A DNA stretch of 64,000 nt from the NCBI GenBank assembly GCA_031423795.1, contig JANPGH010000015.1, forward strand, positions 28,006 to 92,005, given 5' to 3'. The DNA is from Elusimicrobiota bacterium (GTDB lineage Bacteria; Elusimicrobiota; Elusimicrobia; UBA1565; UBA9628). The position numbers were made by a program, and so were the translations under genes. Of the stretch, positions 1-9,035 are shown piece after piece. The number at the start of each line of letters is the position of its first letter. Within the stretch, counting starts at the first letter, position 1. The notes under the pieces were generated by a model. It saw only the letters and a list, made by a program, of their open reading frames with translations. It made no database searches and was not told the origin of the DNA.

Positions 1-126
1 ATGGGCCGCCGCCTTGACGTGTTTCAGTGCGGGCATGCACTACTTGTCGACGGGACGAAAACAAGCCGATTTTGGACGGATGCTGATCGGGGCGATCCTG
101 GTATTTTTGAGCTTGCTGTTTTTGTT

Positions 127-1092
127 CTAGCGCCGGCGAATCTCGTCGCGCATTTCTTTTTCCAGATCGTCCATTTCCTTCATTTCCTGCTCGAGCACGT
201 CATCGATCCGGTACGGCTTGGCGGGGGTTATGATCGCAGGTTTCTTCGGCAGGGGCTTGGGCGCAGGGGTCGGCGCGACAGGAGCCGTGGGCACGCTTGG
301 CGCAGTGAGCGGCGCTGTGGTTATCGCAACATTCGCCGTTGGAGTTGAAATCGTCGGCGCGGCAGCGGGCACTACCGGCAAGTCGGCGCCAAGCCAAGTG
401 CGGACCACCGAGGATTTGATGGAAAAATTGACACTCGTGATCGTCAGGCCATCGGCGGCCTTGCGCGCCATCGAGGTATTGACGCCGATGATCGCGCCGT
501 TCTCATTTAAGAGCGGCCCTCCTGAATTTCCGCGGTTAATGCTCGCGTCGGTCTGAAATACGTTTTTTCCGGGCACACCGCCCAAATCGGAGAGCACGGT
601 GCTAACCACGCCTTGCGTCAGTGTCCAGAGTCCCCCCTGCTCCGGATGACCGATCGCCACCACGGGATCACCCGAGGCCACCGCGGAATCGTCGCCCAAA
701 ATGAGTGGCGGGACCCGCGGGGCCTTCGTCGGCTCGAGTAGAGCGAGATCCAAAGCGCGGTCGAAACGTATTACCTTGGCGGAAATGGGGTCCGTCAAAT
801 CGCTTTTCGTATCCCCGCTCAGCTTCGCGGGTTTAAGGTAAACGCGGAGACTGGGATAAGGCTCCCCCGATTTCTCATCGATGACCACGTGCGCGTTGGT
901 CAGCACGCGGCCCGAGGCGTCGATGACGCTTCCTGTCCCCAGCTCACCCGAACCGGACGGACGTCCCGCCAAAATCAGGACCACGGACTTGGCGTCCTGT
1001 GCATAAATCTCTTTGGCAGTAAGGGAGTGGGCGGGCGAAGCCATTAAGAGTGCTGCGCAGGCGAATATTGTGATCATTTCGGTATTAAACAT
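127..1092 (-). CDS. secreted trypsin-like serine protease (S1C/HtrA-type catalytic domain, no PDZ) with Pro/Ala-rich linker and charged C-terminal tail
   Basis: 321-aa ORF. N-terminal signal-like segment. His/Asp/Ser contexts TNAHVV, DLALL, GNSGGPLL. Alternative ATG at 1077 makes an ATGA overlap with the upstream stop. Confidence 0.85.
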   Translation of the reverse strand: MFNTEMITIFACAALLMASPAHSLTAKEIYAQDAKSVVLILAGRPSGSGELGTGSVIDASGRVLTNAHVVIDEKSGEPYPSLRVYLKPAKLSGDTKSDLTDPISAKVIRFDRALDLALLEPTKAPRVPPLILGDDSAVASGDPVVAIGHPEQGGLWTLTQGVVSTVLSDLGGVPGKNVFQTDASINRGNSGGPLLNENGAIIGVNTSMARKAADGLTITSVNFSIKSSVVRTWLGADLPVVPAAAPTISTPTANVAITTAPLTAPSVPTAPVAPTPAPKPLPKKPAIITPAKPYRIDDVLEQEMKEMDDLEKEMRDEIRRR

Positions 1093-1469
1093 TTTTCCGA
1101 CCGGCCGAAAAAACGATAGCGGCGAGCGGCGATCCAGTCATAAACCCGGTCGCATAATCGATTCGGGAAAAATCCCGGCCGACTACCCATCCGCCCGAAC
1201 CCGAATACGTTGACGATGACGAAATAAACCGCCGCAGACTTCCACAACAGGAATTCTTCCGGCGCTCCCGGATGCGCGACCACATAGAACGTGTCCAGAT
1301 CCTCGGAATTCCTTCCATAGCGCGCGAGCAATTCGCGCGCCGTCGGATTTTGCAAAGGCTCGAATTCGAATATTCGCCGGCCGTCCCAGCGCAAAATTAA
1401 TTGGTTGAAACGCGAGCAAAGCCCGCACGTCCCGTCGTAGAGGATTAAATGGTGCGTTTGGTCGTGCAT
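1074..1469 (-). CDS. DCC1-like thiol-disulfide oxidoreductase (DUF393 family)
   Basis: 131 aa. N-terminal LYDGTCGLCS CxxC motif typical of DUF393/DCC proteins. Confidence 0.75.
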   Translation of the reverse strand: MHDQTHHLILYDGTCGLCSRFNQLILRWDGRRIFEFEPLQNPTARELLARYGRNSEDLDTFYVVAHPGAPEEFLLWKSAAVYFVIVNVFGFGRMGSRPGFFPNRLCDRVYDWIAARRYRFFGRSEKCLIPK

Positions 1470-1488
1470 CGAATGAGGGTGAGAGTAG

Positions 1489-1560
1489 TGTCCCCAGGAG
1501 GAATCGAACCTCCATCACCAACTTAGAAGGTTGGGGCTCTATCCATTGAGCTATGGGGAC
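1489..1560 (-). tRNA. tRNA-Arg (anticodon UCU)
   Basis: The reverse complement folds as a cloverleaf. Acceptor GTCCCCA/TGGGGAC. D-arm GCTC-AATGGATA-GAGC. Anticodon stem CCAAC/GTTGG with loop CTTCTAA. T-arm GGAGG-TTCGATT-CCTCC. Discriminator A. CCA is not encoded. Confidence 0.93.
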
Positions 1561-1582
1561 GTGTACATCTATTTTACCCCAA

Positions 1583-3862
1583 TCAATGCGGCAGTTGGGC
1601 CAGTATCCGTTGGCTCGGTTCGAAGTTCGGTCGCAAGCGTAGGGCTTCTTGGAAGTGCCGGACAGCTTCTTCCTTGTGTCCGGCTCGGAGTAGAACAATG
1701 CCGAAGTTGTGGTGAAGCTCGTAGTTATCGGGAATGGCGATAAGGGCTTTGGAGAAGACCTCGATGGCCGCGTTCGTATTCCCCATTTCGATCAAGGTGG
1801 AGCCTAGATTGAATTGGGCGATAGTCAGACGCGGATCGAGGCGGACGGCTTCGCGATATTGGCGCAGGGCTTCTTCGCGACGGCCGAGTTTGGCCAAGGT
1901 AAAGCCCAGACTGTTGCGGGCGCCGGGCAGGCCCGGAGACTTCTTGACCACTTCTTCATAGAACGGAAGAGCCTGAGCGTATTGGCCGTGAACTTGAAGA
2001 TAGTCGCCGAGCGCGCCGTCGACTTCCCAAACGGCGGCGTTGGGACCGAGTCCGGCTGCCATGGCTTCACGCGCCTCCTTTATTTTTCCTATAGACGCCA
2101 AGGCGACGGCGAGACTTTTGCGCATTTCCGGTTGATCGGGGCGCAGTTGTAGCGCCCATTGATAATGCATGATCGCGTCCTCGGGATGGCCGTGTTGGAC
2201 CAGAAAAGACGCGTAGTTGCCCTGCACACGGTCGTTGCGAGGATTGATTTTGAGCGCGGCCTCGAAGTGCGCGGCGGCGACTTGCGGCGGACGTCCCATT
2301 CCAGGCAGGATGACGCCGAGCGCATTGTGCGCTGAGGCTACGTTTTCGGCGATGCCGTCGAGCAACGCCTTCTCGTAATAGGGGACGGCTTCCGCCGCGC
2401 GATTCTGACGAACCAGAAAATTCGCAAGATTATTGAGCGGCATCCCCTCCGCCGGCCGGTAACGCAGCGCTTCGCGGTAATGAGTTTCCGCACCTTGAGG
2501 ATCGCCGTGGTCGGCGAGGTAATTGGCCAGGTTCATGTGCGCAATCCCGCTGTCAGGATTATGCGCGACGATATGACCAAACAAGGTGCCGGTGTTGCTC
2601 CAGACTTGCACTTGAAACCAGCTGCGCGCGCCCAGAGCGACCACGATCAGAGCCGCGACTGCCCATGGCCAGCGCCGCGACGGCCACTTACCGGCGTACC
2701 AAGCCACCGCGAGCGCAGGTCCAAGGATCGACGCGTAGACATACCGATCGGCCACGGTGGAAAGGTCTTGGTGAATAAAGGGAACCAACCCCAACACGGG
2801 CAGCGGTGCCACAGCGAAAAGTCCGGCGCAAACCGCGTTGATTCGGCGTTCCCGGCTTAAGCCGATCGCAATTGACAGCGCCGCCGGTCCGGTCCACGTC
2901 CAGTACAACCAGCCCTTGGCCAGGGCCATGTCCGGGGCGCGTCCGTAATCCGGCGAGAGTGTCGCCGGCCAGAAAAGCTTAAACAAGTAAAACGCAAGCG
3001 AGTCCAACGCGACCAACGGTCGGCTCCACAGCGGCATTAACGCCCGGATGTGGAGGGCATCTTGGGACTGGCGCGTGAGCAGGGCAAAGCCCGCCGCAAG
3101 CACAAACCACAGCGACAAGGATTTAAGCACGCGCGACAGCGGTCGCCGCAAGACGCCGAAATCCAGCAGCCCTGCCAGTATCGGAATCACCACGGCGCTC
3201 GGTTTCGACAGGAGCGCAGCCGCAAAAAGTGAAGTAGCGGAAATAAAATATAGGCGGCGTCGTCGCGCATCGGATGCGAGCGCCGAGACGGCGTACAGCC
3301 ACAGAGCCGCCACCGTGGCCGCCCCGCTGATCATGTCGCGTAGGCCCGAGACCCAAGCGACGGGCTCTACGTGTAGCGGGTGAAACACAAATGCAGCCGC
3401 TCCGAGCGCGGCCGCCCAATCCGACGTGGCGGCATCGTTTTCGGGTTTGGCCGCGCGCAGCAAGACACGAAATAGGCCGAACGCGAAAAGAGACGACGCG
3501 ACTTGGCAGCACAGGTTTAGGGAGTGGAACAATCCCGGCGACAATGGCGACAAAGGACCTGAGCGACAACGGGAAAACCATGCCGCCGCGGTCCACACCG
3601 AATAGGTCAGCGGAATGTAAAGCTTGAGGAACGGCGCTTTCCAGAACGCGACCAGGCTTTGGAAAGTGGCGGGATTCAGGTACGGATTTTGGGTGACGTT
3701 GATGTCGTCGTCCCAGGCGACGAAGTCGCCGAGGAGGGCGCGGCCGTAGACGAAGAGAACTGCCGCGGCCAAAAAAGCGCAGATCATTCCCAGTCGACGG
3801 CGGTCGCGCGCAGCCAGTTCCTCGGGTACCCTCGCCGCTTGCGCACTTCGCTTCGGCTTCAT
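1583..3862 (-). CDS. GT-C fold membrane glycosyltransferase-like protein (PMT/TMTC-like, DUF1736-type) fused to C-terminal TPR repeats
   Basis: 759 aa. N-terminal ~450 aa is polytopic membrane with an acidic first-loop motif FVAWDDDINVTQNPYLNP. C-terminal ~300 aa is repeated 34-aa TPR units (AxxHYxxALxxxPxxxxA patterns). Confidence 0.75.
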   Translation of the reverse strand: MKPKRSAQAARVPEELAARDRRRLGMICAFLAAAVLFVYGRALLGDFVAWDDDINVTQNPYLNPATFQSLVAFWKAPFLKLYIPLTYSVWTAAAWFSRCRSGPLSPLSPGLFHSLNLCCQVASSLFAFGLFRVLLRAAKPENDAATSDWAAALGAAAFVFHPLHVEPVAWVSGLRDMISGAATVAALWLYAVSALASDARRRRLYFISATSLFAAALLSKPSAVVIPILAGLLDFGVLRRPLSRVLKSLSLWFVLAAGFALLTRQSQDALHIRALMPLWSRPLVALDSLAFYLFKLFWPATLSPDYGRAPDMALAKGWLYWTWTGPAALSIAIGLSRERRINAVCAGLFAVAPLPVLGLVPFIHQDLSTVADRYVYASILGPALAVAWYAGKWPSRRWPWAVAALIVVALGARSWFQVQVWSNTGTLFGHIVAHNPDSGIAHMNLANYLADHGDPQGAETHYREALRYRPAEGMPLNNLANFLVRQNRAAEAVPYYEKALLDGIAENVASAHNALGVILPGMGRPPQVAAAHFEAALKINPRNDRVQGNYASFLVQHGHPEDAIMHYQWALQLRPDQPEMRKSLAVALASIGKIKEAREAMAAGLGPNAAVWEVDGALGDYLQVHGQYAQALPFYEEVVKKSPGLPGARNSLGFTLAKLGRREEALRQYREAVRLDPRLTIAQFNLGSTLIEMGNTNAAIEVFSKALIAIPDNYELHHNFGIVLLRAGHKEEAVRHFQEALRLRPNFEPSQRILAQLPH

Positions 3863-5073
3863 TTATTGACGGGAACTGGAATCAGCACCACCGACAGGGA
3901 CTTGCGATTGATCGCGTCTGCGACGAGTCCACGAAAGTAACGGTCGCATAGAGAGAGATTATTGCGCAGTGGGCCATCTGGAAGCGCAATAATTCGGTCG
4001 GGCGCCGCGGGCATTTTGCGCGTGAGTAAATCTCCGGTTTCCGCTGCGGCCGCAGCCATGGCCTCGGATTCATTGGGCAGAGAGTCGTCCGTACGGGTTT
4101 CCGTCATGCGCGCGCGCGCGGCGGCTTGGGCGAACGCCGGGCCATCCGCGAACATGGATGCGCGCGTGACGAACTGCATGATCGCTTGCAGGATGCGAGA
4201 TAAATCGGGGTTGAAGTAGTCGGCGAGCGTATTTTGCGGCGAGTGTTGATCCGCGCGGTTGGAGTAAGAGGCGCGAACCAAAGACCAAACGCGGTCGCGT
4301 TCAGAAATGTCCGAGTTTGAGTCGAATTGGCGCAGCCAACGGGCGAAAGCCGACGGCGGCTCGAAAAGTGCGCGCGCTTGGGCTTCGTCAGGGACGGTCG
4401 CCAGTTGCGCAACCGTGCGATGGAACAACGCGGCGATGATCAGCGCTCTTTTTACGCGACTGTCGGTGATCGCCTTCTCGACGCCGGCAAGATACTGCGC
4501 CATCAGGTTGGCGGCGCGAATTCCCAGCAGCCGATCATGAAAAGTCAGCGTGGGATCGTCTGCGGCGTGGATGCCCTCGTAAATCCGCACCAAATCCTCA
4601 ATCTGCGAAATGTTGAGACCGTACCGGCTTAACGCGCGACAGAGCGGACGCAGGCTGTTGAGGTCAATGTCTTGGCCTTCCGGCTCCTCGAAGAAATTGA
4701 TGAACGTTACTTTCGTGAGCGCACGGACCATTTCGTTTTTGGAACGTTTCCGAACCGCCGTCAAGACATTCGTTGAGGTGTCGATCGTCATCGTCGTTTC
4801 CGGGATTTCGGGCGCGGAAGTCGGAAGGCGCTCGCTCAGGCCAAATTCCCCGTTCAAGTCGCTGGCATGGGCGAAAATATTCGACGGCAGGGCTTGGGCG
4901 GAAGTCAGCAACGGTCCGATAAAAATCGCGGGGAAAGTGACGGTCGCGGCCCAGACGCCCTCGTAAAGGCCGGCGGCCGTCGGGATGGGCACCGAGATCT
5001 GCACACGCTGGGAATGCATCGCGTGGACGCCAGTCGCCAACGCGCACAGCGCCGCGCAGAGAATGTTAGTCAT
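3859..5073 (-). CDS. hypothetical exported protein (no recognisable domain)
   Basis: 404-aa ORF with signal-like N-terminus MTNILCAALCALATGVHA. ATGA overlap with the downstream GT-C/TPR gene. 4-nt gap to the upstream SDR gene. Coding-type composition. Confidence 0.6.
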   Translation of the reverse strand: MTNILCAALCALATGVHAMHSQRVQISVPIPTAAGLYEGVWAATVTFPAIFIGPLLTSAQALPSNIFAHASDLNGEFGLSERLPTSAPEIPETTMTIDTSTNVLTAVRKRSKNEMVRALTKVTFINFFEEPEGQDIDLNSLRPLCRALSRYGLNISQIEDLVRIYEGIHAADDPTLTFHDRLLGIRAANLMAQYLAGVEKAITDSRVKRALIIAALFHRTVAQLATVPDEAQARALFEPPSAFARWLRQFDSNSDISERDRVWSLVRASYSNRADQHSPQNTLADYFNPDLSRILQAIMQFVTRASMFADGPAFAQAAARARMTETRTDDSLPNESEAMAAAAAETGDLLTRKMPAAPDRIIALPDGPLRNNLSLCDRYFRGLVADAINRKSLSVVLIPVPVNK

Positions 5074-5077
5074 CGAT

Positions 5078-6592
5078 TTACCATGAAGCGGTTTTATAGT
5101 CCTTGAAAAATATCCCGTAGGCGTGTTTACCTGTATTTAGACCAACGAAGAGCGGATCGAGGATGCGCGCCGCACCGTCGACGACGTCGAGCGGCGGCTG
5201 AAAATCGTGAACGGACTGCTTGCGCAGCGCGTGCACCAGCGGGTCTTCGTCGGTGACCCATCCGGTGTCGACGGCGTTCATCCACAAGCCGTCCTTCGCA
5301 TAGTCCGGGGCGGAGGTCAGAGTCATCATGTTGAGCGCGGCCTTGGCCATATTCGTATGCGGGTGCTTGTCGGTTTTAGTTCCGCGCGAGAAAATCCCCT
5401 CCATCGCCGTCACATTGACGATATGGACGTCACCCGTGCTGGCGCGCAGCATCAGGGGCTTGAGCTTCGAGGCCAGGACGAAAGGGGCCACCGCGTTGAT
5501 CAGTGTCACCTCTAAGAGCTCCGCGGTTGGAACATCGGAGAGCGTCATGCGCCAGGTGTTCATCGCGCGCAGGTCGACCTGCTGCAAGTCGGCGTCTAGC
5601 CGTCCTGCCGGAAAAATGTCCTTACCGGAAATCTTATCGTCATAGGTCATGCGGACCTGGGACAAGCGTGCCGACGCGCGTATACCGACGCCGAGGGCGC
5701 CGGCATCCCACGAGGTCAGCGCGCGCTGGTCGGCGTCGACGCCGTGGGGCTGGCGGTCGAGAGTGGAGCTTAGTTCCTGGTGACCGGAGAGTACGGATTT
5801 TTCCGCGGTCGATAGCGCGCTCCACGAGAGGGCTTCGCGTTCTAGGAGATGTGCGTAAAATCCCACCGGGCGGCGCACGGTTTGTGCGGCATTATTAATC
5901 AATGCATCGAGACGCTTTTCGGTCGAGCATAGGTAGCGCGCGAAGATCTCCACCGACGGCGAGTGGCGCAGGTCGAGTCCGTGGATGCTCAGCCGCGATC
6001 CCCAGTCCTTAAAATCTTCCTCGGCCGTGAAGCGCACGGCGGCGTCGCGCGGAAATCGGGTCGACACGATGGTCCGGGCACCGGCGCGCAAAAGCTTAAG
6101 CGCGGCTTGGTAGCCAATCTTCAAACGCGCGCCGGTGATATAGGCGGTGCGCCCGCTCATGTCGGTGGTCTGGAAGCGCTTGGTGTAATTGTACTCGGCG
6201 CACGCCGGACACATGTCATCGTAAAAATGGTGCATCTGGGTGAAATCGGCTTTGCACACGTAGCAGGCCTGCGGCTTCGAAAGCACGCGCACGGGCGCGT
6301 CGGGTGCAGGCAGCGTGAGAGTCGGGGCGACGAAGACCGAAGACGCGCGCGCGGTCCGGATACCGGTCGCGGCGCGCAATTGCTTGTCTGCCTGCTGCGC
6401 CACCCGGCGCCGCTCCTTGCGCACCGCCTTCGACATTTTTTTCAGCTCAAATTTCTCAGGCCGGGATAGGCGGCCTGCCGCGGCGATAAGGCGCACGCGC
6501 TCCGCGCGGGGCAGGCCCACGGCCCATTCAGGATGCTCAAAGAGAGCCTCCAGGGTCTCGGCTGCGCGGCGGATGTCGTTAGGATCGATCAC
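5078..6592 (-). CDS. SDR-family oxidoreductase with ~160-aa N-terminal extension carrying a CxxC-x14-CxxC zinc-ribbon-like motif
   Basis: 504 aa. Rossmann motif AYITGARLKIGYQAAL. Downstream SDR-like core. N-terminal CYVCKADFTQMHHFYDDMCPAC. Confidence 0.75.
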   Translation of the reverse strand: MIDPNDIRRAAETLEALFEHPEWAVGLPRAERVRLIAAAGRLSRPEKFELKKMSKAVRKERRRVAQQADKQLRAATGIRTARASSVFVAPTLTLPAPDAPVRVLSKPQACYVCKADFTQMHHFYDDMCPACAEYNYTKRFQTTDMSGRTAYITGARLKIGYQAALKLLRAGARTIVSTRFPRDAAVRFTAEEDFKDWGSRLSIHGLDLRHSPSVEIFARYLCSTEKRLDALINNAAQTVRRPVGFYAHLLEREALSWSALSTAEKSVLSGHQELSSTLDRQPHGVDADQRALTSWDAGALGVGIRASARLSQVRMTYDDKISGKDIFPAGRLDADLQQVDLRAMNTWRMTLSDVPTAELLEVTLINAVAPFVLASKLKPLMLRASTGDVHIVNVTAMEGIFSRGTKTDKHPHTNMAKAALNMMTLTSAPDYAKDGLWMNAVDTGWVTDEDPLVHALRKQSVHDFQPPLDVVDGAARILDPLFVGLNTGKHAYGIFFKDYKTASW

Positions 6593-6999
6593 GCGGCGCG
6601 GTCGCTGAACGGAGGATGGTAAATAAACTGGATCGTGATACCGTCAGGATCCTGGGCGTAGAAGGAGCGCGCCCCGTCCCGGTGCGTTTTAAGCGGCTTA
6701 ACGATATTAACCCCCTTAGCTTGTAGAAAAACGTGCCAGGAGTCTACGTCCACGGGCCGCTTCAGAAAAATGCCGAAATGATCGAGATTGGACTCCATGC
6801 GCACGCCCTTGACGAGGGCAGATCCCTTCTTATGGAGCGCGATGTTATCGCGTCCGTTCATCGTCAAATAGAGATTGTCGGGGTCTGGATTCCATTCGAT
6901 CTGGTAGCCGAGCAGGCCGCAATAAAATTTGGAAGAGCGCTTGATATCCTCGACGAGGAGTGCCACATGATGGATGCCGAGCAGCGCGGGTAGTTCCAT
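6589..6999 (-). CDS. VOC (glyoxalase/bleomycin-resistance/dioxygenase) family protein
   Basis: LLGIHHVALLVEDIKRSSKFYCGLLGY N-terminal VOC motif. The ORF extends to 7041, but ATG 6999 avoids overlapping the divergent ispG start. ATGA overlap with the SDR gene. Confidence 0.75.
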   Translation of the reverse strand: MELPALLGIHHVALLVEDIKRSSKFYCGLLGYQIEWNPDPDNLYLTMNGRDNIALHKKGSALVKGVRMESNLDHFGIFLKRPVDVDSWHVFLQAKGVNIVKPLKTHRDGARSFYAQDPDGITIQFIYHPPFSDRAA

Positions 7000-7006
7000 A
7001 CGGACA

Positions 7007-7015
7007 TGATATAAT
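7007..7015 (+). promoter_or_regulatory. extended -10 element TGaTATAAT, 10 nt upstream of ispG ATG (near-leaderless)
   Basis: Read directly: tgatataat at 7007..7015, ATG at 7026, no purine-rich SD in between. Confidence 0.45.
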
Positions 7016-7025
7016 CTATACGGCC

Positions 7026-9035
7026 ATGATCGAAACCCCATTAAAGCCTGCGGCTTTAATCAGATATGTCCCCGACGTGTTCTCCTATCGGCGGCGGAAG
7101 ACCCGTGTCGTGATGGTAGGCGACGTCGGCGTGGGCGGCGACAATCCGGTGCGCCTGCAGTCGATGACGACGACGGATACTTTGGACGTCGAGGCGACGT
7201 TCCGCCAGTCTGTGCGCATGATCGAAGCGGGATGTGAGATCGTCCGCATTACGGCCCCGACCGTCGACGATGCCCGCGCGATCGGCAAGATCAAGGAGAA
7301 ACTGGTCAAAGCCGGACTTAATCAACCGATCGTCGCCGACATCCATTTCAATCCCGCCGCCGCCGCCGAGGCTGCCGAATTTTGCGAGAAGGTGCGCATC
7401 AACCCGGGCAATTTCGTCGACACCAAGCGCTTCGCGGTCAAGGAATACTCCGACGAGGCCTATGCGGCTGAAATTTCGCGCATCGAAGAGCGCTTCACCC
7501 CCCTCGTTGAAAAGCTCAAGCGCCTCAAGCGCGCGTGCCGGATCGGGACGAACCATGGTTCGTTGTCCGATAGGATCATGAACCGCTATGGCGATAGCGC
7601 GCTGGGTATGGTCGAGAGCGCGCTCGAGTTCGCGCGCATCGCTGAGAAGAATAACTACCGCGACCTGATTTTCTCGATGAAGGCCTCCAATCCGAAGGTA
7701 ATGATCGCCGCCTATCGGCTCCTGGTCGCGCGTCTAGACGAACTCGGCATGGACTACCCCCTGCACCTGGGTGTTACCGAGGCCGGCGACGGCGAGGACG
7801 GCCGCATCAAGTCCGCGATCGGCATCGGCTCGCTTTTGGAAGACGGCTTGGGCGACACGATCCGAGTTTCCTTGACCGAAGATCCCGAGTTTGAGATTCC
7901 GGTCTGCCGTGAACTGGTCAAGCCGTTTAATAATCGGCCAGAAGAGCCGCGGCGGCCCGAATCCAAGAAGACTGCGATCCATTGCGCTGATTTCTACAGC
8001 TACGCGCGGCGCAAGTCAGATTATTTTTCAGTGGGACCGATCATTATCGGCGGCCAGCAACTGGTGCGCGCTGTGCTGCGCGTTCCCACGGCGATGACCG
8101 CCCCCCAACTTCTTGCCGCCTATGAGGCGCAGCTCAAAAAAGCGCAGGGCGCCGATCCCGAGATCGTGGAATTTTCCGTACATGACGAGCAGTCGCTTAC
8201 GTGCTTTCAGACGCTGCGAGAGTCGTTAAGAACGGAAACGTCCCGACTGGCATTTCTTGCCCGTGTGCAAGGACAGCTCGATCTTGCGGTGAAGGCCGCC
8301 GCGAGCGCGGACATGGTATGCTGGGCGGCTGCGATCGAAGCGCAATACGGCGCCTATTTGGATGCGCTCAAAGAGCGTGGCGTCGCCAATTGTATCGAGG
8401 CCGAAGACGCCGAGGCGGCACGCAAACTTGATGCCGCATCGCGATATAAAGGCGTTGCGACTCTCGTCTCTATGGGCGGAACCGACGCGTCAAAAATTCT
8501 TCACGAGTACCGATTATTCGCAGCGACCGGCGCTTCGTCGCCCGTCCTGATCCGCGCCCCCCGTCAATCGTCTCCCGAAGAGCAGGTGCTGAGATCTGCG
8601 ACCTTGATCGGAGGCCTTCTCTGCGACGGAATCGGCGACGCGGTTCTCATTGACGCGGACCTCCCATTCGAGCGCAACGTGGAGCTACTGTACAACACCC
8701 TGCAAGGCGCGGGTGTGCGCATCACCAAAACCGAATTCGTATCCTGCCCATCCTGCGGACGCACCTTATTCGATTTACAAACCACGACTGAACGCATCAA
8801 AAAGCGCACCGGCCACCTTAAAGGCGTTAAGATCGCAATCATGGGCTGCATCGTCAACGGTCCCGGCGAGATGGCCGACGCGGATTTCGGCTACGTCGGC
8901 GGCGCGCCGGGAGCGATCAATTTATACGTGGGTAAGGAATGCGTCCAGAAGGGCATTCCCATGGACACGGGCGACGACGCCCTCGTCGAGCTGATCAAGA
9001 AGCACGGCAAGTGGGTCGAGCCGACCCCTCAGTAA
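7026..9035 (+). CDS. ispG: 4-hydroxy-3-methylbut-2-en-1-yl diphosphate synthase, long form with inserted domain
   Basis: N-terminal TIM-barrel motifs (VGGDNPVRLQSMT, VRITAP, ADIHF, RINPGN). C-terminal Fe-S motifs (SCPSCGRT, GCIVNGPGE). A ~270-aa insert lies between them. The ORF-track start 6960 was replaced by in-frame ATG 7026. Confidence 0.93.
   Translation: MIETPLKPAALIRYVPDVFSYRRRKTRVVMVGDVGVGGDNPVRLQSMTTTDTLDVEATFRQSVRMIEAGCEIVRITAPTVDDARAIGKIKEKLVKAGLNQPIVADIHFNPAAAAEAAEFCEKVRINPGNFVDTKRFAVKEYSDEAYAAEISRIEERFTPLVEKLKRLKRACRIGTNHGSLSDRIMNRYGDSALGMVESALEFARIAEKNNYRDLIFSMKASNPKVMIAAYRLLVARLDELGMDYPLHLGVTEAGDGEDGRIKSAIGIGSLLEDGLGDTIRVSLTEDPEFEIPVCRELVKPFNNRPEEPRRPESKKTAIHCADFYSYARRKSDYFSVGPIIIGGQQLVRAVLRVPTAMTAPQLLAAYEAQLKKAQGADPEIVEFSVHDEQSLTCFQTLRESLRTETSRLAFLARVQGQLDLAVKAAASADMVCWAAAIEAQYGAYLDALKERGVANCIEAEDAEAARKLDAASRYKGVATLVSMGGTDASKILHEYRLFAATGASSPVLIRAPRQSSPEEQVLRSATLIGGLLCDGIGDAVLIDADLPFERNVELLYNTLQGAGVRITKTEFVSCPSCGRTLFDLQTTTERIKKRTGHLKGVKIAIMGCIVNGPGEMADADFGYVGGAPGAINLYVGKECVQKGIPMDTGDDALVELIKKHGKWVEPTPQ

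Noticed and set aside
1-348. 115-aa plus-strand ORF at the window edge, and a possible minus-strand ATG at 36 (MPALKHVKAAAH...) running out of the window.
   Set aside because: The plus ORF is antisense to the protease gene tail and compositionally non-coding. The minus-strand fragment is only 12 codons long, too short to support.
1183-1698. 171-aa minus-strand ORF spanning the tRNA-Arg gene.
   Set aside because: It overlaps a well-folding tRNA and the DCC1-like gene in another frame, so it is spurious.
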